Source: Selaginella moellendorffii (taxonomy: Eukaryota; Plantae; Lycopodiophyta). Taken from it: 5,057 nucleotides of DNA. Of the stretch, positions 1 to 4,090 are shown one piece after another (positions within the stretch are counted from its first letter, which is position 1; the number at the start of each line of letters is the position of its first letter). The translations under genes and the position numbers were made by a program. The stretch spans positions 1 through 5,057 of the forward strand of contig NW_003314752.1 in assembly GCF_000143415.4 (NCBI RefSeq), given 5' to 3'. The notes beneath the pieces are model-generated. The model saw only the letters and a program-made list of their open reading frames with translations. It ran no database searches and was not told the DNA's origin.

Positions 1-336
1 GCTTGGGATTTAGAGGGTCCTATGATCAAGTTTTGTTGTCCCAAGGGATGTTAAAAACCTAGTGGCTTGGTGTGCTTGGCTGCTTGCCTGCAGGAGTGTA
101 GCTGAACTTAGGCCTGTTAACTCGGGGAAGGGGATTGGGAGAGATTTGGGAATTCATGGATGGATAGATAATGCTCCATTGCTCATGCAATGAGTAGTTG
201 AAATCAAGTAGGACCAAGTAGAAGCTAGTACAATAGGTGGGAACTTTGGTGAGGGAATTTAACTAATGCCAAGGCTGTGGTGGTCGAATAGACGGGGTAA
301 GTTAACAAATTGGAAAGGAAAATTTTGTAGCTAACA
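1..336 (-). mobile_element. Second, inverted copy of the LTR A terminus
   Basis: Ends ...GGAAAATTTTGTAGCTAACA (336). 296-336 matches 4045-4085 of B at 31/41 without gaps. Confidence 0.7.
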
Positions 337-384
337 TTTATTAAGCTATCCCGCTTGTCTGTCTATATTCACTTTAATTTTGGA
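1..384. repeat. Left arm of a long inverted repeat (pairs with 786-1175); runs to the window edge
   Basis: 1-60 matches the reverse complement of 1116-1175 at 55/60. The match continues, mostly with transitions and a few small indels, to TTGGA (380-384), which pairs with TCCAA (786-790). Confidence 0.95.
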
Positions 385-736
385 CTCCTTAATGAATATA
401 TCATCACTTAACACGTAAGCATAGCCTTCCTAAGTCACACTAGCCTTTCCTGGCCAAACTGGCTCCACTAGAGTTCAACCCCTACACTCTCCCTACTATA
501 CTTTTGGAACCCCCTACAGCCTACAGCGTGCCCCCCCCCCCCCTGGGGGACGATTTCTTTGGGCTTTTATTCAGACTTGGACTCAGACTCGAACTCATTC
601 TCGAACTTGGTCTCAGGCTTGGTCTTGGACTCGGTCTTGGTCTTAGTCTAGGTCTTGGTCTCAGTCTCGGTCTCGAATCCATCTCGGATTCTATCTCAGA
701 CTCTATCTCAAATCCACCTCAGACTCCATCTCGGGT
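337..736 (+). mobile_element. Old, deaminated fragment of a B-family LTR, including a decayed copy of the tandem array
   Basis: Colinear with the reverse complement of ~2880-3312. 443-469 equals 3185-3211 (27/27) and 491-508 equals 3157-3174 (18/18). 17 decayed GGACTC/GGTCTC hexamers at 573-674 are followed by 11/12-mers at 675-732. Confidence 0.85.
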
Positions 737-789
737 GGATGGATGGATGGATGGTTATCCATCCACAGTGTTAGCCATCCATCCATCCA
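735..789. repeat. (TGGA)n...(TCCA)n self-complementary junction filler
   Basis: TGGATGGATGGATGGTTA (740-757) pairs with TAGCCATCCATCCATCCA (772-789) over 18 bp with one G-T. Alternatively GTGGATGGAT (735-744) pairs with ATCCATCCAC (757-766). Confidence 0.9.
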
Positions 790-1175
790 AAGCTAAAGTG
801 AATACAGACAAATAAGTGGGATAGCTTAATAAATGTTAGTTATAAATTTTTCCTTTCCAATTTGTTAGTTTACCCCGTCTATCCAACCACCACAGCCTTG
901 GCTTTAGTTAAGTTCCCTCACCAAGGTTCCCGCCTATTGTACCAACTCCTACTTGGTCCTACTTGGTTTCAACTATTCACTATATGAGTAACAAAGTATT
1001 AGCCATTCATCCACGGATTCCCAAATCTCTCTCAATCCCCCTTCCCGGGTTAGACTAGACTTAAGGCTTAACTACACTCCCTACAGGCACAAGCAGCCAA
1101 GCATATCAAGCCACCAGGTTTCTAACATCCCTTGGTACAACAAAACTTGATCATAAGACCTTCTAAATCACAAGC
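786..1175. repeat. Right arm of a long inverted repeat (pairs with 1-384)
   Basis: Reverse complement of 1-384, roughly 85% identical by eye, with a 401-bp spacer (385-785). The true arm probably extends past 1175 because the left arm is cut by the window. Confidence 0.95.
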
Positions 1176-1505
1176 CTTGGGTGCAACACTTGCTTCGAAA
1201 CATTGAAGGGAAACACCATGGCCTAACGGCCTAGTGTGGGTACCCTTACTCCCCCACTCCCATCCCGAAGGGAAAGCCCAAGCCCCTAGGAAGGGCGAGG
1301 ACCAATGAGCCACAAGGTACTCAAGTGGGGCACTAATTTACATAAGCCGAGAGCACCGTAGTTGGTTTCCCTTTCAGGAGTGGGAGCTGCTCTTGAGCAC
1401 TTCCTTGGGTGGCCCCTCTGGCACCACTCAAGTCATTATTCTCAATTAACGTGTAGGCTACTAAGACCAACTCAAGATCAATAAAAGCTCACTATTCTTA
1501 TAAAA
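834..1505 (+). mobile_element. Decayed LTR A, a diverged relative of B (5'/U3 part); right boundary uncertain
   Basis: Starts TGTTAGTTATAAATTTTTCC, compared with B's minus-strand start TGTAAGCGACTAAATTTTCC. The reverse complement of ~1175-1402 aligns in colinear blocks to 3316-3526 (AGTGYTCAAGAGC, ACTTG..TACCTTGTG, GCTCA, GTACCCA, AGGCCAYGGTGTT). Similarity beyond 1404 is weak. TATAAAA at 1499-1505. Confidence 0.65.
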
Positions 1506-1664
1506 TTTAACCAAATACAAAGTGCAACTTACCACCAAATATGATGCTACAAAAGAAAGATACAAGGGTTATATTTTTAGAAAACCCTATCAACCACTTT
1601 TTTATTCCAACTCTAAACTTTATCTAACTTAATTGCTTTAGCCCCAAAAGTCAATATTGTTTAT

Positions 1665-1880
1665 TATAAGACATAAATCCCTAACTCTCAAAGTGGAGCC
1701 TAAGTGTGTAATGTGGTGGTGGCTGAAGTGAAAGTTTTAGATTAGAGGGAAAACCACATAAGAAAAACTCTAAACCAGAATTGGACACTCAAATCAAGAA
1801 AAGTGACAAAGAAAAAAAAACAAGGAAAAAGAAGAAAAACAAAGGGAAAATAAAACACAAACTTAGACTCTGGCCTCATA
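1665..1880 (-). mobile_element. Probable short (216 bp) decayed 3' LTR of older element C
   Basis: Ends TATAAGAC...GCCTCATA are a deaminated form of TGTGAGAC...GYCTCACA. 1665-1734 is homologous to B's terminus 2325-2397 (shared AAATCCCTA, CAAAGTGGAGCC, GTGGCTGAAG). A PPT-like tract abuts the other end. Confidence 0.55.
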
Positions 1881-1882
1881 AG

Positions 1883-1895
1883 TCCCCACATCTTC
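1883..1895 (-). other. Polypurine-tract-like sequence (GAAGATGTGGGGA)
   Basis: The minus strand reads TTGAAGATGTGGGGA-CT-TATGAGG, placing the tract 2 nt before the inferred LTR start at 1880. This is the canonical PPT position before a 3' LTR. Confidence 0.5.
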
Positions 1896-2319
1896 AAGAA
1901 GTTTCTCGAATGCACCCAACTCACCCCCAATGTTCCAAAGAAGAAAGTGAAGTGGAGTGAATACATTGCACAATGAGGGTGTGTGTGGAAAGAGATAAAA
2001 ATTGTGTCCAAAGAGGTGATGGGATGGATGGAATGGAGGCCATATTATTGTAGATGATAGAGAATAGGACCATATGTAATATGATGTAGCAAGACTAGAA
2101 GTAACAACTAATATTTTGTCAAAATTTGATGTAAAACATGTTGCAACCTAGGATGAAGTGGCTTCTATTGCAAATGCAGTTAAAAGTATGTGGAGTGAGG
2201 AGAGTTGTCTACTCCATTGATGAGTGTCTGGATGCTTGTTCTATGCAGGCCCAACCAATTGAAAAAAAGAGCTGGAATGTCCTTGAATTTGCCACAAGTC
2301 TCATATGGTGATAGTTCAA
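1896..2319 (-). mobile_element. Decayed internal (3') region of element C, left of the B insertion
   Basis: Contiguous with the PPT/LTR. CpG-depleted with a G/A-rich + strand. Composition continues across the TSD into 4091-5057. No recognisable protein domain. Confidence 0.4.
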
Positions 2320-2324
2320 GTTGC
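2320..2324. other. Left 5-bp target-site duplication (GTTGC) of element B
   Basis: GTTGC lies immediately before TG at 2325 and is repeated at 4086-4090. 5-bp TSDs are typical of plant LTR-retrotransposon integrases. Confidence 0.85.
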
Positions 2325-2560
2325 TGTGAGACACAAAATCCCTAGGCCCCAAAGTGGAGCCGGAAAGGGTGCCACGTGGTAGTGGCTGAAGCGAGAGCCA
2401 AACGAGCGTAACACGTTTGGACCAAAAGCTCCGACTTGAAAAGTCAAGAGCGGGAGTGGAACTCCCAACGAAGTGCTCGAGGAACGAGCACGAAGCGAGC
2501 AAAAAGCGAGGCTCCAAAAAGGGACCCAAAAGGACCAACACATGACACGTGGAAGTGTCC

Positions 2561-2944
2561 GAGATGGACTCGAGTTGGAGTCCGAAGTGGAGTCCGAGAT
2601 GGACTCGAGTTGGAGTCCAAAGTGGAGTCCGAGATGGACCCGAGTTGGAGTCCAAAGTGGAGTCCGAGATGGACCCGAGTTGAAGTCCGAAGTGGAGTCC
2701 GAGATGGACCCGAGTTGGAGTCCGAAGTGGAGTCCGAGATGGACCCGAGATGGAGTCCGAGAAGGAGTCCGAAGTGGAGTCCGAGGTGGACCCGAGATGG
2801 ACCCGAGTTGGAGTCCGAAGTGGAGTCCGAGATGGACCCGAGATGGAGTCCGAGATGGAGTCCGAGATGGACCCGAGATGGACCCGAGATGGAGTCCGGG
2901 ATGGAGTCCGAGATGGAGTCCGAGATGGAGTCCAAGATGGAGTC
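2561..2944. repeat. Minisatellite of 11/12-bp subunits with a 35-bp higher-order unit
   Basis: Five tandem 35-mers GAGATGGACYC-GAGTTGGAGTCC-RAAGTGGAGTCC at 2561-2735 and a sixth at 2794-2828. The rest is a mix of GAGATGGAGTCC (12 bp) and GAGATGGACCC (11 bp) variants. Confidence 0.95.
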
Positions 2945-2958
2945 GAGACCGAGACCGG

Positions 2959-2990
<32 letters not shown>

Positions 2991-3094
2991 TCGGGACCGA
3001 GACCGAGACCGAGGCCGAGGCCGAGACCGAGCCCGAGCCCGAGCCCGAGTCCGAGTCCGAGTCCGAGTCCGAGTCCGAGTCCGAGTCCGAGTCC
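2945..3094. repeat. Hexamer microsatellite (GAGNCC)25
   Basis: 25 in-phase hexamers: mostly GAGACC (2945-3028, with GGGACC/GAGATC/GAGGCC variants), then GAGCCC x3 (3029-3046), then GAGTCC x8 (3047-3094). Confidence 0.97.
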
Positions 3095-3156
3095 GGAGCC
3101 TGAGAGGGTGAAAGCCCAAAGCGTTCGTCTCCCAGACCCTGGGGGGTTTGGTGAGC

Positions 3157-3211
3157 TCCAAAAGTATAGTAGGGGGAGGACTGCAGTGGAGCCAGTTTGG
3201 CCAGGAAAGGC
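3157..3211 (-). promoter_or_regulatory. Candidate LTR core-promoter block (CCCTACTATACTTTTGGA plus an upstream GC motif)
   Basis: Two blocks are perfectly conserved with the old copy (443-469, 491-508) and lie ~60 bp upstream of the CT-rich array on the minus strand. The TATA-like CTATAC is non-canonical. A 19-bp near-tandem duplication lies at 3191-3228. Confidence 0.35.
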
Positions 3212-4085
3212 CAGTTTGGCCCAGGAAGGCCGGACCCAGTGCTGGGTGATGAGCTGCCCACTGGGAAGTCCAAGACTAGAGTGAACACAGACCGACAAGC
3301 GGGGTAGCTTGGTGTAGTGTTCAAGAGCCGGCTCTAGTTCCCCCGGGAGATCGACTGGCCGATGCTCCCAGTCCAAGTGTGGGTGGCACTACCTACTTGG
3401 ATACCTTGTGTGGCTCAACGGAACCCGCTCTAAGCCCATGGCTAGAGCACCCAAGGGCAGAAGGCGAGGAGAGTACCCAGGTGGCTCGCATAAGGCCACG
3501 GTGTTCCGAAATGTTGTCCCAAAGGCCCAGACTGTGGAAAGGAAGAGGAGCAGTCCTCTGGGGTAGTGACCAAGGACACAATCGTGTGGTGAGGAAGTCC
3601 CAGAGGACCGTGGGACTTAGTGGTCGGGCCTGTGGGTCTCGATCCAGTGGCAGTGTTGGCAAACACGGCCAAGGGCAGAAAGGGACTTAGTGGGGACTGA
3701 CAGAGGGATATTGGGGAAGGCTATTCCCCTTGTCGGTGGGCATCCTAAGGATGCTAAGGAGTGGATCTGAGATCACCACTCACGGATGGTTTGCCTCAAG
3801 ACGGTGATGCAAGTGGTATTGGACTACCAGTGTGGCAAAGGTGATTGGGCATGGCCTTAGCGTAACAGGCTGCTATGTCGGTGGTACCTTTGAGTGTCGG
3901 TCATGGGATCGGACACGTGGAGCACTTGGACCAAGTGCAAATGTTGAGTGGCATGGATGCCATTCTCGGGGCTAGCAAGTCCCAAGTCCTGGATTGGACT
4001 TATGGAGGTTGTGAATAAGACTCCTCCAAGTGGTCAGAGGTGTGGTTAAGTGACTAAAGTAGAATGGAAAATTTAGTCGCTTACA

Positions 4086-4090
4086 GTTGC
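4086..4090. other. Right 5-bp target-site duplication (GTTGC) of element B
   Basis: GTTGC lies immediately after ...CTTACA (4085) and is identical to 2320-2324. Confidence 0.85.

Larger units (their letters stand above)
2325..4085 (-). mobile_element. Solo-LTR-like element B (1761 bp) of an LTR retrotransposon, probably Ty3/Gypsy; young insertion
   Basis: Starts TGTGAG (2325) and ends CTTACA (4085), i.e. TG...CA. Imperfect terminal inverted repeat TGTGAGACACAAAAT vs TGTAAGCGACTAAAT (11/15). Identical GTTGC at 2320-2324 and 4086-4090. Sharp rise in GC and CpG inside these limits. No gag/pol. Minus orientation is inferred because its left end matches the PPT-distal end of LTR C and the minus strand reads CT-rich then GT-rich toward 2325. 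The superfamily is a guess. Confidence 0.8.

Noticed and set aside
1-1175. Inverted arms as TIRs of a DNA transposon, or as DIRS/Penelope inverted termini
   Set aside because: No transposase, tyrosine recombinase or RT lies between the arms. The arms consist of an LTR end plus its flank, and the inner junction looks like a repair scar. The outer ends are not visible, so this is not fully excluded.
1660-1664. TTTAT before 1665 and TTTAT at 337-341 as one element's TSD pair
   Set aside because: The order and orientation of the two ends do not bracket a single element without extra rearrangements, and a 5-bp AT-rich match in deaminated DNA is easily chance.
504-2011. Short ORFs 504-815, 1122-1313 and 1742-2011 (likewise 3379-3690, 3393-3662, 3442-3672 and 4073-4336)
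   Set aside because: They derive from decayed repeats, A-tracts (Phe-rich) or GC-rich LTR sequence, show no recognisable motifs, and several cross element junctions.
2561-2828. 35-bp repeats as a CRISPR array
   Set aside because: The units are head-to-tail with no unique spacers, there are no cas genes, and the context is a eukaryotic TE.
3246-3290. GTGATGAG...GTGAAC as a hammerhead ribozyme (retrozyme/Penelope) or a C/D snoRNA C box
   Set aside because: A hammerhead core needs CUGANGA and GAAA with stems I-III, but the sequence here is GUGAUGA and GAAC with no closing helices. There is no suitably placed CUGA D box with a terminal stem.
2209-3376. Long ORFs (371, 310, 282, 281, 212, 117 aa) as real genes, e.g. 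SR-rich or extensin-like proteins
   Set aside because: They overlap in all frames, owe their length to the stop-poor tandem array, mostly lack ATG starts and have no domain. Two of them run across the element's TSD boundary.
3313-4085. Independent solo LTR nested at this site
   Set aside because: Its flanks CTTGG and GTTGC are not a TSD, whereas GTTGC/GTTGC brackets 2325-4085 exactly. Kept only as a module hypothesis.
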